From an uncultured delta proteobacterium (lineage in GTDB: Bacteria; Desulfobacterota; Desulfobacteria; Desulfobacterales; JAHEIW01): a stretch of 64,000 nucleotides of DNA. Below are positions 38,095 through 48,636 of this stretch, piece after piece. The stretch covers positions 192,001 to 256,000 of the forward strand of contig CAVPNL010000009.1 of the NCBI GenBank assembly GCA_963706575.1, in the 5' to 3' direction. The position numbers and the translations under genes were made by a program. Below the pieces are notes generated by a model that saw nothing but the letters and a program-made list of their open reading frames with translations, was not told where the DNA came from and ran no database searches. The number at the start of each line of letters is the position of its first letter. Position 1 is the stretch's first letter.

Positions 38095-39839
38095 GTGATA
38101 CGTTTGAGATCTTCCCATTCATCGGTGAGCATGGCATTGGGGACGTATCCGGAAATCCAATCCCTGTAAGTTCGCATATTGATCTGTTGATACAAAGGAA
38201 TGCCGATGGCGTCTTCAAACCACAGGTGCTGCAGCCGGGTGTAAATTCCTTCGCGTTTTGCCGGCTCCACGGTGGCGATGCCGGTCTCGCAAAGCCGGTC
38301 GACTTCGTCATTCTTATAGGCCATGAATTTGCCGTAAACGCCCCGGGAGTGCATGAAGGTGTTCAGGAAGTTGTGAGGGTCCGCATAGTCGGCAGCCCAG
38401 CCGGTAATAAAAATCGGATACATAAAGCTGCGGTACTGAACCAGATAATCCTTCCATTCCACGTTGCGGATCTCGATGTTGAATTTGGGATTCAGCGACA
38501 TGATGTTTTCAGCCAGCATAATCGCCGCAGCCTCACGCATGGCATTGCCGGAATTGTAGGTGATGACCATTTTAAACCCGTTATCCCACACCTTGCCGCC
38601 CCAGGCTTTTTGCAGAAAAGCTCTGGATTTATCCAGATCAAACGCATACACCGGTACCGTTTTGTGATAGGGAAGCCCCTCGATATTGGGGCTGGTGGGC
38701 ATAATCACCAGACCGTTAAAAACATCTTCACGGTAAGTTTTGCGGTCCACGGCGTGCAAAAAAGCCTTGCGAACGTTGATATCCGAGAAGAAATCGGGCG
38801 GGATACCGTTACCGTCCAGTTTGCCGCTGCCGATATTGGGGTTGCCGGTGGGGTCGACTTTCTGGCAAAAGAGCGCAAATGACACCGATAGCTGGGGTAC
38901 GCGGTAAAACTTCAGGCCCTTCATGGCCTTGACCTCGGGCACGTAGGGGATGTCCACCGTGACCCGGTCGGCATGCCCGTTTTGCAGCATGAGTTTACGG
39001 GTGCTCCATTCCTTTACGTATTTGACAATGGCCGTTTTGAGTGCCGGCCGAGCTCCCCAGTAGCCCTCAAACCGTTCGAACACGAACTCCTTGGAGGGCC
39101 TCCAGGATTTCATGCGAAAGGCGCCGGTACCGTTGGTAATTTTTTGCAGCGGTTCATGGCCGGGTGCCGGATTGTTGTATTTGGCCGCATTATTGATATT
39201 GCCGTCCCAGCATCCATTGGCGACGGCCCATTCCCTGTTCAGGATTACCGATGAGGAATATGCCAGAATTCCCATCAGGGGTGGATACGGCCTGGGCAGA
39301 TGGAAAACGACGCTGTCGCCTTTAACTTCTACCGCCTGGTCGATCGTTTTAAAAATTCCCGTTATGATTTTTCCGTCTTCATCCCGGGTTGAGCTTTGAC
39401 CGGTCAATGCTTCCAGCAGCATCCACATGGGACCGCCGTCCGGATCGGCGATCATGTTGCGTTTAAAAGAATATACGACATCTTGCGGAGTTAACTCGGC
39501 ACCGTCATGGAATTTGATGCCGCTTCGGATAGGAAAGGTATAAATCGTACCGCCGCTGCTGATGCCGCCGTTTTCCAGCGTGGGCACCCGGGTGGTCAGA
39601 ACCGGTACGAACGCATCGGTTCTTGATCCGTCAAAAAACACCAGCGGCTCGTAGATGTTCCAAATGCGCTGGGACCCGGTCGCATCATAGCATGCAGCCG
39701 GGTCCAGCGTTCGCAGGGTCCCATAGGTGGCTAAAACAAAGATGTCCGTAATTTCGACTTTATCCTGATCCTTCTGGTCCGTGCAGGCACTGATGGAAAA
39801 AACTAAAAAAAAGATGAGAACCAGGGTGGTGAGTTTCAT
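38073..39839 (-). CDS. Orphan family-5 ABC substrate-binding lipoprotein, paralog of dppA at 23938
   Basis: Lipobox ISAC; long identical peptides shared with the first copy. Confidence 0.9.
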   Translation of the reverse strand: MKLTTLVLIFFLVFSISACTDQKDQDKVEITDIFVLATYGTLRTLDPAACYDATGSQRIWNIYEPLVFFDGSRTDAFVPVLTTRVPTLENGGISSGGTIYTFPIRSGIKFHDGAELTPQDVVYSFKRNMIADPDGGPMWMLLEALTGQSSTRDEDGKIITGIFKTIDQAVEVKGDSVVFHLPRPYPPLMGILAYSSSVILNREWAVANGCWDGNINNAAKYNNPAPGHEPLQKITNGTGAFRMKSWRPSKEFVFERFEGYWGARPALKTAIVKYVKEWSTRKLMLQNGHADRVTVDIPYVPEVKAMKGLKFYRVPQLSVSFALFCQKVDPTGNPNIGSGKLDGNGIPPDFFSDINVRKAFLHAVDRKTYREDVFNGLVIMPTSPNIEGLPYHKTVPVYAFDLDKSRAFLQKAWGGKVWDNGFKMVITYNSGNAMREAAAIMLAENIMSLNPKFNIEIRNVEWKDYLVQYRSFMYPIFITGWAADYADPHNFLNTFMHSRGVYGKFMAYKNDEVDRLCETGIATVEPAKREGIYTRLQHLWFEDAIGIPLYQQINMRTYRDWISGYVPNAMLTDEWEDLKRITKKIPPG

Positions 39840-40087
39840 TTCTTTTTAACTGCCCGGTAGATAATGAGTAGAACCACTGAGCCGCAAACGGCAATAATCA
39901 AACTGCGCAGGTCAAAGCCGGTGACTTTGCCGAACCCAATGGCCGAGCTGATAAAACCGCCGCCGATAGCGCCGGCAATTCCAAGCAAAATGGTGATGAA
40001 GATTCCACCCGGATCTTTGCCGGGCATGATAAATTTTGCAATTACCCCGACAATCAATCCCAGAATAATCCATGCAATGATTCCCAT
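39836..40087 (-). CDS. GlsB/YeaQ/YmgE family stress-response membrane protein
   Basis: MGIIAWIILGLIVGVIAKFIMPGKDPGG. Confidence 0.9.
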   Translation of the reverse strand: MGIIAWIILGLIVGVIAKFIMPGKDPGGIFITILLGIAGAIGGGFISSAIGFGKVTGFDLRSLIIAVCGSVVLLIIYRAVKKK

Positions 40088-40104
40088 GTCGACCTCCTTT
40101 TTTT

Positions 40105-40157
40105 GTGGGGCAGCCCTCCGAGGCTGCCATGACGGTCGGCACAGAGGCCGACCCAGC
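40105..40157. repeat. REP-like doublet related to 29196-29250
   Basis: ggtcggcacagaggccgaccc is the reverse complement of the 29199 hairpin. Confidence 0.7.
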
Positions 40158-40285
40158 TTCTTACTTCTACATCCCTTGTTCGATATTTGATATTCAAAAA
40201 AGCAGCTAATCTTATTGTGAGACCCGACTCTATCTTCGATGAATATGCATTTACGGAACATATAATAGCCGGGCGAAAATTGAAA

Positions 40286-41410
40286 TCAGACGGCCAGTGC
40301 GCCGTCTATATCGGCGATGAGGTCATCGGCATCTTCGATGCCGACGGACAACCGCAGAAGGCCATCGCTGATACCCAGTTCGGCCCGCTCTGCCGCCGTG
40401 ATTTTTTGATGCGATGTCGTTGCCGGGGAGCAAATAATGGTTTCCACCCCCCCGAGGCTGAGGGCCGGCGTGATCACCTTTAAATTTTTTAAGAATCGCT
40501 CCGGCTCCCGGCCGTCGATCTCAAATGACAGCATGCCGCCGAATCCGTTCATCTGGTTTTTGGCCACCGCATGACCCGGATGATTTTCAAGGCCGGGATA
40601 GCGCACCTGCAGGATGCGGGGATCTTTTTCAAGGTATTCGGCAATCATCCGGGCATTGCGGTTGTGTTTGTCCACCCGGATAGCTAAAGTTTTCAGGCTT
40701 CTTTCCAGCAGGTAGCAGGTCATCGCATTCATGCTGCCGCCCAGATTGGCTGCCGTCGCTGAGATTTTGGCTGTCAGGTCTTTGCGCGTTAGCACCGCCC
40801 CGCAGCACAGATCGCTGTGGCCGCCCAGATACTTGGTGCCGCTGTGGGTGACGATGTCGATGCCCAGGTCCAGGGGATTCTGGTTAATCGGCGTGGCAAA
40901 TGTATTATCGATAATGCTGATGGCATTGCTGGCTTTGGCAATTTGAGCGGTTGCGGCGATATCCGTAATTAAAAGCAGCGGGTTGGAAGGCGTTTCAATA
41001 TAGATGACTTTGGTGTTTTTTTGGACTGCCTTTTCAATTTCATCGGCACGGTTGGATACGAAGGTATATTCGATCCCGAAGCGCTCATATTCGGCGGTTA
41101 CGAAATGATGCGTCCCACCGTAGATATCTTTTTGCAGGACCACATGATCGCCGCTGTTGAGAAAAGATAACATGGCGGTGCTGATGGCCGCCATACCCGA
41201 GCCAAACAGCAGCCCGTCTTCGGCATTTTCCAGCTCGCACAGCTTCTGAACCACGGCTTTTTGATTGGGGACGTTGAAGTACCGCGGATACACGTTTTCG
41301 GGTGTATCCAGGTATTCAAAAGAAGAAGACGTATAAATCGGTGTGTTGAGACCCCGGGTGTTGGGGTCGATGCGGGTGCCGCTGTGCACGCAGCGGGTGT
41401 CTTTTCTCAT
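40286..41410 (-). CDS. Cys/Met metabolism PLP enzyme (cystathionine gamma-lyase/synthase family)
   Basis: ETPSNP, DNTFATP, HSGTKYLGGHSD, SLGGVET, RLSVGIE. Confidence 0.92.
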   Translation of the reverse strand: MRKDTRCVHSGTRIDPNTRGLNTPIYTSSSFEYLDTPENVYPRYFNVPNQKAVVQKLCELENAEDGLLFGSGMAAISTAMLSFLNSGDHVVLQKDIYGGTHHFVTAEYERFGIEYTFVSNRADEIEKAVQKNTKVIYIETPSNPLLLITDIAATAQIAKASNAISIIDNTFATPINQNPLDLGIDIVTHSGTKYLGGHSDLCCGAVLTRKDLTAKISATAANLGGSMNAMTCYLLERSLKTLAIRVDKHNRNARMIAEYLEKDPRILQVRYPGLENHPGHAVAKNQMNGFGGMLSFEIDGREPERFLKNLKVITPALSLGGVETIICSPATTSHQKITAAERAELGISDGLLRLSVGIEDADDLIADIDGALAV

Positions 41411-41594
41411 GATCAAGTCCTCCTATAATTCGGTGGCATTTGATCTATAAGAACCATACTGTGTATCTGTTTGGCAATGATTTTTTACGCTATACCATTA
41501 CAAAGGCCCAAGCGGATCGAGCAAGCACCCATCGCCGTTAAACCCGTTCAATTTTTATCATCAGGCAGCCGAGCCCATGATGATGGCAGATCTC

Positions 41595-41849
41595 TTATTG
41601 CGTGTTGAGGCCCGCCTGATTATATATTTCTTTCCATTGGACAAAAGGGATACTTTTGAGTTCTTGCAGATCGCTTGCGGGGATGCAGCCAACCGTTGAG
41701 TTGGGAATGTAAAAACACTGTTGTCCTTTGTGCGGGCCCTCTTCCAGGGTCCAGCCTTCATGAACGGCCACTTTTTTGCCCACAAAGTCGGCGGCATCGG
41801 AATTGTACTCGGTATCATTTGACGGTTGAAATACGGCTTCAAAATACAT
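41595..41849 (-). CDS. Small hypothetical protein
   Basis: AAGGAG RBS, protein-like composition. Confidence 0.6.
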   Translation of the reverse strand: MYFEAVFQPSNDTEYNSDAADFVGKKVAVHEGWTLEEGPHKGQQCFYIPNSTVGCIPASDLQELKSIPFVQWKEIYNQAGLNTQ

Positions 41850-41993
41850 AATTTAACTCCTTGATAAAAACATTATAGGGTTGAACGAATCCGATTAAAG
41901 GGTTAAAAGCTCGCTAAAATACGCCTAAAAAAATAAAAGTCAATATTTTTTCGCAAATTTTTTAATTTGTTTTTAGAAAAACCTATTCAGTCT

Positions 41994-43724
41994 ATGCCTG
42001 TCCATAACACCGATATCGCCGACATTTTTGAGGAGATCGCTGATTTCCTGGAGATCGAAGGGGAAAATCCCTTTCGCATCCGGGCCTATCGCAATGCGGC
42101 CCGTACGGTCAGAGGGCTGGGATCGGAATTGAAAGATATGCTGGCTGCAGGTGAAGATCTAACAAAACTGCCGGGCATCGGTAAAGAGCTGGCTGCCAAG
42201 ATTTGTGAAATACTGGAAACCGGCACGGCCAAAGCGCTGATCAAACTTCAGCAGCGCATTCCCAAAACGGTTATCGAAATGTTAAAACTGCCCAACCTGG
42301 GTCCCAAACGCGTGCGGATTTTATACCAGGATCTAAAAATAAAAAACCTTAAACAGCTATCTAAAGCTGCCCGCAAAGGGCGCATCCGCGCCCTCGAGGG
42401 CTTCGGTGAAAAGACCGAAACGGCCATTGTTGAAGCCATTGAAGCCCGGGCTCAAAAAGAAAAACGCTATAAGATTGCAGCGGTCAAGCCGACCGTCGAC
42501 AGCCTTGTTGATTTTCTGAAAAAGGTGTCCGGCGTCATCGATGTGGTGGCGGCCGGCAGTTACCGGCGCTCCCGGGAAACCGTGGGCGACCTGGATATTC
42601 TGGTCACGGCCCGTAAAAGCAGCCCGGTGATGAAGCGGTTACTGGAATATGATGCGGTCGCCAGGGTGTTGTCCCGCGGCGCCACCCGCTCCAGCGTGGT
42701 CCTGCGGTCCGGCCTGCAGGTTGATTTACGTTTGGTGGCACAATCCAGCTTCGGCGCTGCCCTACAATATTTTACCGGAAGTAAAGACCATAATATTGCC
42801 ATCCGCCGCCTGGGGCAGCAGCGGGGTTTAAAGATTAATGAATACGGGGTGTTCCGGTTTGAAAAACAGGTGGCCGGGCGGACAGAGGCTTCCGTTTATC
42901 GAGGCGTGGATTTGCCTTACATCCCGCCGGAGTTACGGGAGAATCGCGGTGAAATAGAGGCTGCCGGAGATAATCGGCTGCCCGAACTGGTTGAAATCAA
43001 AGACCTCAAAGGTGATTTACATGCTCACACCTTTGCCAGCGATGGGCGAAACAGCATCGAAGAGATGGCGCTGGCTGCCAAAAAGCACGGCTTAAAATAC
43101 ATTGCCGTTACAGAACATTCCGATCGACTCAAGGTCGCCGGCGGTCTGGATCCGCCGCAATTGATGCAGCAGATCGATGAGATTGAGCGTCTCAATGACC
43201 GTTTAAAAGGCATTCGGATTCTAAAAGGCCTTGAAGTTGAAATCCTGGAGGACGGCACCCTGGATTTGCCGGATGCGGTTCTGGCGCGGCTGGATCTGGT
43301 GGTGGGAACGGTTCACAGTTATTTCAATTTGCCGCTTGAAAAACAGACCGAGCGTATTATGCGTGCCATGGATCATCGTTATTTTAGCATGCTGGCCCAT
43401 CCCACCGGCCGCCTGATCGATGAGCGCGAGCCCTATCAGGTCGATATGACCCGGATTATCCATAAAGCCAGGGACCGCGGCTGTTTCCTTGAGCTCAATT
43501 CCAATCCGCGACGCCTGGACCTTTATGATATTTACTGTCAGGTCGCCAGGGAGGAAGGGGTTCTGGTATCGATCAATTCCGATGCCCACAGCATAAACGA
43601 TTTTAAATATCTGGCCTTCGGTGTGGGTCAGGCCCGACGTGGCTGGCTGGAAAAAGACGATGTGCTCAACACCCGGTCCCTGGCGCAGCTGCGCAAGCTG
43701 CTCAAGCAAACCATGGGTTCCTAA
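41994..43724 (+). CDS. polX: DNA polymerase X with PHP domain
   Basis: NPFRIRAY, GSYRR.RETVGDLDIL, YFTGSK.HN, GDLHAHT, NSDAH. Confidence 0.95.
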   Translation: MPVHNTDIADIFEEIADFLEIEGENPFRIRAYRNAARTVRGLGSELKDMLAAGEDLTKLPGIGKELAAKICEILETGTAKALIKLQQRIPKTVIEMLKLPNLGPKRVRILYQDLKIKNLKQLSKAARKGRIRALEGFGEKTETAIVEAIEARAQKEKRYKIAAVKPTVDSLVDFLKKVSGVIDVVAAGSYRRSRETVGDLDILVTARKSSPVMKRLLEYDAVARVLSRGATRSSVVLRSGLQVDLRLVAQSSFGAALQYFTGSKDHNIAIRRLGQQRGLKINEYGVFRFEKQVAGRTEASVYRGVDLPYIPPELRENRGEIEAAGDNRLPELVEIKDLKGDLHAHTFASDGRNSIEEMALAAKKHGLKYIAVTEHSDRLKVAGGLDPPQLMQQIDEIERLNDRLKGIRILKGLEVEILEDGTLDLPDAVLARLDLVVGTVHSYFNLPLEKQTERIMRAMDHRYFSMLAHPTGRLIDEREPYQVDMTRIIHKARDRGCFLELNSNPRRLDLYDIYCQVAREEGVLVSINSDAHSINDFKYLAFGVGQARRGWLEKDDVLNTRSLAQLRKLLKQTMGS

Positions 43725-43898
43725 GGTTCAACGGTTCAGGGTTCAGAGGTTCGATCCACAGATTACGCAGATTATCGCAGATTTGTGGGTTGATAAAAAA
43801 TCGAAGTTAAATGGTCAATTAGTTGATTCGTTAAATAGTTTAAAACGTAATAAATCTTTTGACGAATTGACTATTCAACTATTTGATCAATCAACCAT
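43724..43898. repeat. Composite repeat, left member of the inverted pair around lrp-dapL
   Basis: (ggttca)n + (cagatt)n + hairpin of ttga-period repeats; matches the reverse complement of 45869-46037. Confidence 0.85.
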
Positions 43899-43968
43899 TT
43901 TTCCGAAAATAATTCTTGACAAACCATTAATTAGTGAATAATTATCTGATAAAGAGGATAATTAAAGA

Positions 43969-44433
43969 ATGATTGACGCTATTAGCTTAAAAATACTGAA
44001 AATATTGCAGGAAAAAGCGCGGATTCCCAATGTGGAGGTGGCCCGGCAGGTAGGGATGGCGCCATCGGCGGTGCTGGAACGAATCCGCAAGCTCGAAAAA
44101 CAGGGTTTTATCGACGGCTATGAGGTCCGGCTGAACCCGAAACGATTTGCCAAAAGCCTGGTAGCATTTGTGACGGTGAAATTAAAAAAACTGGGCGAGG
44201 AAATTAAGGTCGGGGAAACGCTGTCCGACATACCCGAGGTCCAGGAAGTTCATTACGTGGCGGGGGAAGACGCCTTTCTGGTTAAAATCCGGGCGGCCGA
44301 CACCGAAGCGCTCAGCCGCCTGACCCGGGATAAAATCGCCTCCATCGGGGCGGTGAAATCCACCCAAACGGCGATTGCACTGTCAACCTATAAGGAGACG
44401 GCCAGGATTCCGATTGAAATTGTAAGTGCCTAA
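43969..44433 (+). CDS. Lrp/AsnC transcriptional regulator
   Basis: N-terminal HTH (VLERIRKLEKQGFI), RAM domain (VHYVAGED). Confidence 0.92.
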   Translation: MIDAISLKILKILQEKARIPNVEVARQVGMAPSAVLERIRKLEKQGFIDGYEVRLNPKRFAKSLVAFVTVKLKKLGEEIKVGETLSDIPEVQEVHYVAGEDAFLVKIRAADTEALSRLTRDKIASIGAVKSTQTAIALSTYKETARIPIEIVSA

Positions 44434-44582
44434 AATGACTAAAGTGAGCTAAAGTGCCTAAAATTTTGGTGTCGCTCGCGCAGCGCAGGCGCTTGCGCCG
44501 CGTGTCGCTCCATCTTTTTTATGTTTAAATGACAGAATTCCTTAACTTTAGTCACTTTAGTTCACTTCTTACTTTAGGCACT
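44424..44582. repeat. Tandem-repeat palindrome, CTAAAGTG family
   Basis: Supplies the last codons and TAA of lrp; GC-rich hairpin inside. Confidence 0.85.
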
Positions 44583-44626
44583 AAGCATAATATTCCAACT
44601 TGTATGACACCAGGAAAGGGTGAAAC

Positions 44627-45850
44627 ATGATCAAAATTAACGAAAACTATTTGAAACTGCAGGCGTCGTATCTATTTTCGGAAATCAGAAGGCGAACCGA
44701 TGAATTTCAGGAGAAACATCCGGACAAGGAGATCATCAAGCTCGGCATCGGGGACGTTACCCGGCCCCTGCCGCAAGCCTGTATCGCGGCCTTTCACCGC
44801 GCCGTGGATGAAATGGCCGATGACGCCACCTTTCGCGGATATGGCCCCGAGCAGGGATACGAATTCCTGCGGGAAAATATTGCCAAAGTTGATTTCCAGG
44901 ACCGGGGTGCGGATATTTCCGCCAGCGAGGTCTTTGTAAGTGACGGGGCCAAGTGTGACACCGGCAATATCCAGGAAATTTTCGCAAGCGACATCCGCAT
45001 CGCCATTCCCGATCCGGTTTATCCGGTCTATCTGGACACCAATGTAATGGCCGGCCGCACCGGATCATTTGGTGACAGCCGTTATGAAGGGCTCACCTAT
45101 CTGGAAAGCACCCGGGAAAACGGCTTTATCCCGGATCTGCCCGAGGAAAATGTTGACCTGATCTACCTGTGCTTTCCCAACAACCCCACCGGGGCCACCA
45201 TCACCCAATCGCAGCTTCAGGCCTGGGTGGACTTTGCCAGGGAAAAAAGGGCCCTGATTCTTTATGATGCCGCTTACGAGTCCTTTATTCAGGATCCTGA
45301 TCTGCCCAAATCGATATTTGAGATCGAGGGCGCCCGGGAAGTGGCCATTGAATTTAGAAGCTTTTCCAAAACGGCCGGATTTACCGGGACCCGCTGTGCC
45401 TATACGGTCGTGCCGACCTCCTGCACAGCTTATACCGCCAACGGCGAAGCCCATTCCGTCCATGATTTATGGTTTCGGCGTCAGTCCACCAAGTTCAACG
45501 CGGTTTCTTATCCGGTCCAGAGAGCGGCTGCGGCCATATACAGCGATGAGGGCCGGGCGCAGGCCAGGGCCCTGATTAAATATTATCTTAAAAACGCAGC
45601 GCTGATCCGAAAGGAAATGGAAGCCCTCGGATATGAATGCGTGGGCGGGGAAAACTCTCCCTATATCTGGATTTATGGCAAAACCGATTCCTGGAAATTT
45701 TTTAACTTGCTTCTGGAAAAAGCCGGTGTGGTCTGCACCCCGGGTGCCGGTTTTGGCAAATGCGGAGAAGGATTCATTCGTATCAGCGCATTCAACAACT
45801 ACGAAAATGTTCAACTCGCAATGCAAAAAATCAAGCAGGCGCTCAGCTGA
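44627..45850 (+). CDS. dapL: LL-diaminopimelate aminotransferase
   Basis: [40 protein letters not shown]. Confidence 0.95.
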   Translation: MIKINENYLKLQASYLFSEIRRRTDEFQEKHPDKEIIKLGIGDVTRPLPQACIAAFHRAVDEMADDATFRGYGPEQGYEFLRENIAKVDFQDRGADISASEVFVSDGAKCDTGNIQEIFASDIRIAIPDPVYPVYLDTNVMAGRTGSFGDSRYEGLTYLESTRENGFIPDLPEENVDLIYLCFPNNPTGATITQSQLQAWVDFAREKRALILYDAAYESFIQDPDLPKSIFEIEGAREVAIEFRSFSKTAGFTGTRCAYTVVPTSCTAYTANGEAHSVHDLWFRRQSTKFNAVSYPVQRAAAAIYSDEGRAQARALIKYYLKNAALIRKEMEALGYECVGGENSPYIWIYGKTDSWKFFNLLLEKAGVVCTPGAGFGKCGEGFIRISAFNNYENVQLAMQKIKQALS

Positions 45851-45868
45851 AAATTTCATTAGCCTTGC

Positions 45869-46037
45869 ATAGCTAATTGGTTAAACAGTTGATTCGTTGA
45901 ATGGTCAATTAGTCAAAGGATTTATTTCGTTTTAAACTATTTAACGAATCAACGACTTGACCATTTAACTTTACTTTTTATCAACTGAAAAAATCTGTGA
46001 TAATCTGCGTAATCTGCGGATGAAACCCTGAACCTTG
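45869..46037. repeat. Composite repeat, right member of the inverted pair around lrp-dapL
   Basis: Reverse complement of 43724-43898 with scattered mismatches. Confidence 0.85.
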
Positions 46038-46053
46038 AGCGGAGTGATGAACG

Positions 46054-47370
46054 ATGCCGATGTCGCAATCCTTTGAAAACCGACTTTTACCTGTGCTGGA
46101 TGAGATTATCGATCATTTTGGGACCCCTTTTCACATCTATGACGAAGCCGGCATCCGCGAAACCGGGCAGAATTTTATAAATGCATTCTCCCGCCTGAAT
46201 GGATTCAGGGAATATTACGCCGTCAAGGCCCTGCCCAATCCGCGTATCCTGCAGATCATGCGGGATCTCGGATTCGGGTTTGACTGCAGCTCGATTCCCG
46301 AATTGATTCTTTGCCGTCAAATCGGCGCCCGGGGTGAAGGTATTGTGTTTTCTTCAAACAATACCACCGGGGATGAATTTCGTGTTGCCGCGGCCGATGG
46401 CGGCTGTATCTTAAATCTGGATGATGCTTCCCTGATTGCAAAAGTTCCCCGAATGCCCGAGACGGTCAGTTTCCGTTATAACCCCGGACCCCGCCGAACC
46501 GGCAACAGCATTATCGGTGATCCCTCGGAATCAAAATACGGGGTGTCCCACGAGCAGATCGTCCATGCGTATAAGACGGCCCGGGCTTTGGGCGCCCGAC
46601 GATTCGGGCTGCACACCATGTTGATCTCCAATGAGCTGAGCTACGCCTATATGGTTGAAACTGCGGCGATGCTGCTGGAAGTAGTAGAATTGGTTTCAAA
46701 ACAGCTGAACATAGATTTTGATTTCATCAATCTCGGCGGTGGGCTGGGGATTCCTTATCAACCGGAACAGGCGCCGCTGGATATCGATTCAATGGCTGAT
46801 GAAATATCGGATTTGTTTTTAAATTTTAAAAAGAAAACCGGCTTTCTTCCGAAGTTTCATATCGAAAGCGGGAGGTATATGACCGGGCCTCACGGCGTTC
46901 TGGTGACCACCGCCATTAATCAAAAAGACATCTATCGCAAATACATTGGCGTGGATGCCTGTATGTCTTCCTTGATGCGGCCGGCCATTTACGGCGCCTA
47001 CCATCACATTACCGTTATTGGAAAGCATCCGCAGCAACACTTTGAGAAAGTGGATGTGGTCGGGTCGCTGTGTGAAAACAACGACAAGTTTGCCATCCAG
47101 CGGCGTCTTCCCAGGATCCAGGATGGCGACCGTTTGTTGATTCACGATACCGGCGCACACGGTCATGCCATGGGGTTTAACTACAACGGCCGCCTGCGGC
47201 CTAAAGAATTGCTGCTGCGCCCAAACGGCTCTGTGGAGCTGATTCGACGCGAGGAAACCGTCGAGGACTACTTTGCCACCCTGAACTTCGCGCCCCAGGT
47301 GCTGCTGCCGGTAAAGCAGAGCGGCCTTGCGGCCTTGAAGAGCGCTGCGCTCCAGGACCACTTCGTTTGA
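46054..47370 (+). CDS. lysA: Diaminopimelate decarboxylase
   Basis: YAVKALPN, NLGGGLG, ESGRY, GSLCENND, GFNYNG. Confidence 0.93.
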   Translation: MPMSQSFENRLLPVLDEIIDHFGTPFHIYDEAGIRETGQNFINAFSRLNGFREYYAVKALPNPRILQIMRDLGFGFDCSSIPELILCRQIGARGEGIVFSSNNTTGDEFRVAAADGGCILNLDDASLIAKVPRMPETVSFRYNPGPRRTGNSIIGDPSESKYGVSHEQIVHAYKTARALGARRFGLHTMLISNELSYAYMVETAAMLLEVVELVSKQLNIDFDFINLGGGLGIPYQPEQAPLDIDSMADEISDLFLNFKKKTGFLPKFHIESGRYMTGPHGVLVTTAINQKDIYRKYIGVDACMSSLMRPAIYGAYHHITVIGKHPQQHFEKVDVVGSLCENNDKFAIQRRLPRIQDGDRLLIHDTGAHGHAMGFNYNGRLRPKELLLRPNGSVELIRREETVEDYFATLNFAPQVLLPVKQSGLAALKSAALQDHFV

Positions 47371-47401
47371 AGACCGGCCTGACGGCCTCGAGGCCAAATT
47401 A

Positions 47402-47456
47402 GTAGGGCGGCCCTCTGTGGCCGCCGTATCTTGGCCGGCTCAGAGGCCGGCCCTAC
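47402..47456. repeat. GTAG-type REP doublet
   Basis: gtagggcggccctctgtggccgcc...ggccggctcagaggccggccctac. Confidence 0.75.
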
Positions 47457-47595
47457 TTCTATCCTTGAGCTCAGCACTCATCAAGTCCCCGAGGTTTTAG
47501 GCGGGGACGCTCTTCAAGCGAAGCGCTCCTTTAACTAACCAAAAGGGTTTATACGAAATAATGGCAAAAACGACTATTAATTAGGGTGTTATTTA

Positions 47596-48390
47596 ATGAT
47601 ACAAGTAGGACCAGCGGGATCCGGCGGGTTGGGCAATCTGAAAGGTATCCGCAAGGTTGCCCGCATGCAGCTGGATTGCATGGAGGTGGAGTTCACGTAC
47701 GGGGTACGGATGTCCTTGGAAGACGCCCGGGAAGTAGGCGCGCTGGCAAAGGCAAAGGGCATCACCTTATCGGTTCATGCGCCTTATTATATCAATCTGG
47801 CATCCGATGAAAAAGAAAAGATCGTTACCAGTAAAAAGCGGATCCTGGATTCCTGTGAAAGGGCCGCCGCCCTGGGAGCACGTAATGTGGTGTTTCATGC
47901 CGGGTTTTACCAGAAGAAAACAGCTGATCAGACCTATGGCTTGATTAAAAAGGCAATTCTGGAAATTCAAGGCGAGATTAAAAAAAACAAATGGAAAGTT
48001 CAACTATGCCCCGAAATTACCGGAAAACCCTCGCAGTTCGGCTCCATGGAAGAGCTGTTGAAATTGATGAAAGCAACCGGATGCGGCATCTGCGTTGACT
48101 TTGCCCACCTGTATGCCCGATATCAGGGAGGCATCGATTATGCCAGGGTTCTAAAAAAGCTGCCCAAAAAATTTCACGCCCACTTTTCGGGCATTGAATA
48201 CGGCCCCAAAGGCGAGCGCAAACATCTTAAGACCACCCAAAAATTCTTTGAGCCCCTGGCCCAAGCGTTGCTCAAAACCAAACGCGACGTCACCCTGATC
48301 TGCGAATCGCCCCAGCCCTACAAAGATGCCGCCATGATGAAAAGAGCGGTCACCGCGCTTATGACCGCAAAAAAGAAACCCTCGGTCTAA
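47596..48390 (+). CDS. AP endonuclease 2 / endonuclease IV-like TIM barrel
   Basis: SVHAPYYINL, VVFHAG, PEITGK, DFAHLYAR, HFSGIEY, ICESP. Confidence 0.85.
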   Translation: MIQVGPAGSGGLGNLKGIRKVARMQLDCMEVEFTYGVRMSLEDAREVGALAKAKGITLSVHAPYYINLASDEKEKIVTSKKRILDSCERAAALGARNVVFHAGFYQKKTADQTYGLIKKAILEIQGEIKKNKWKVQLCPEITGKPSQFGSMEELLKLMKATGCGICVDFAHLYARYQGGIDYARVLKKLPKKFHAHFSGIEYGPKGERKHLKTTQKFFEPLAQALLKTKRDVTLICESPQPYKDAAMMKRAVTALMTAKKKPSV

Positions 48391-48636
48391 CTCCACAAGC
48401 GGACCCGACCATGTTATCCTCTAAAAACCCTTGTTAAATCGATTTGGAATCTGTATTTTTCAGAGGAGCAGGTTTCGGGTGAAATCCCGGCTTGCACACT
48501 CTGCCGATTTTCACTGTGTTCTGCCAAGTATTATCTTTTTTCCTTTAGCCGGGGATGGTCTCATTATATCTATACGGTTGATCTACCCCTTATTCTGGCG
48601 AATTGCCTGGACCTGTCTAAAACATAAGAGGATGTG

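Noticed and set aside
41994..48390. polX and the endonuclease IV-like gene as a prophage or dedicated repair island
   Set aside because: They are separated by lysine biosynthesis genes, with no phage, integrase or ligase genes nearby.
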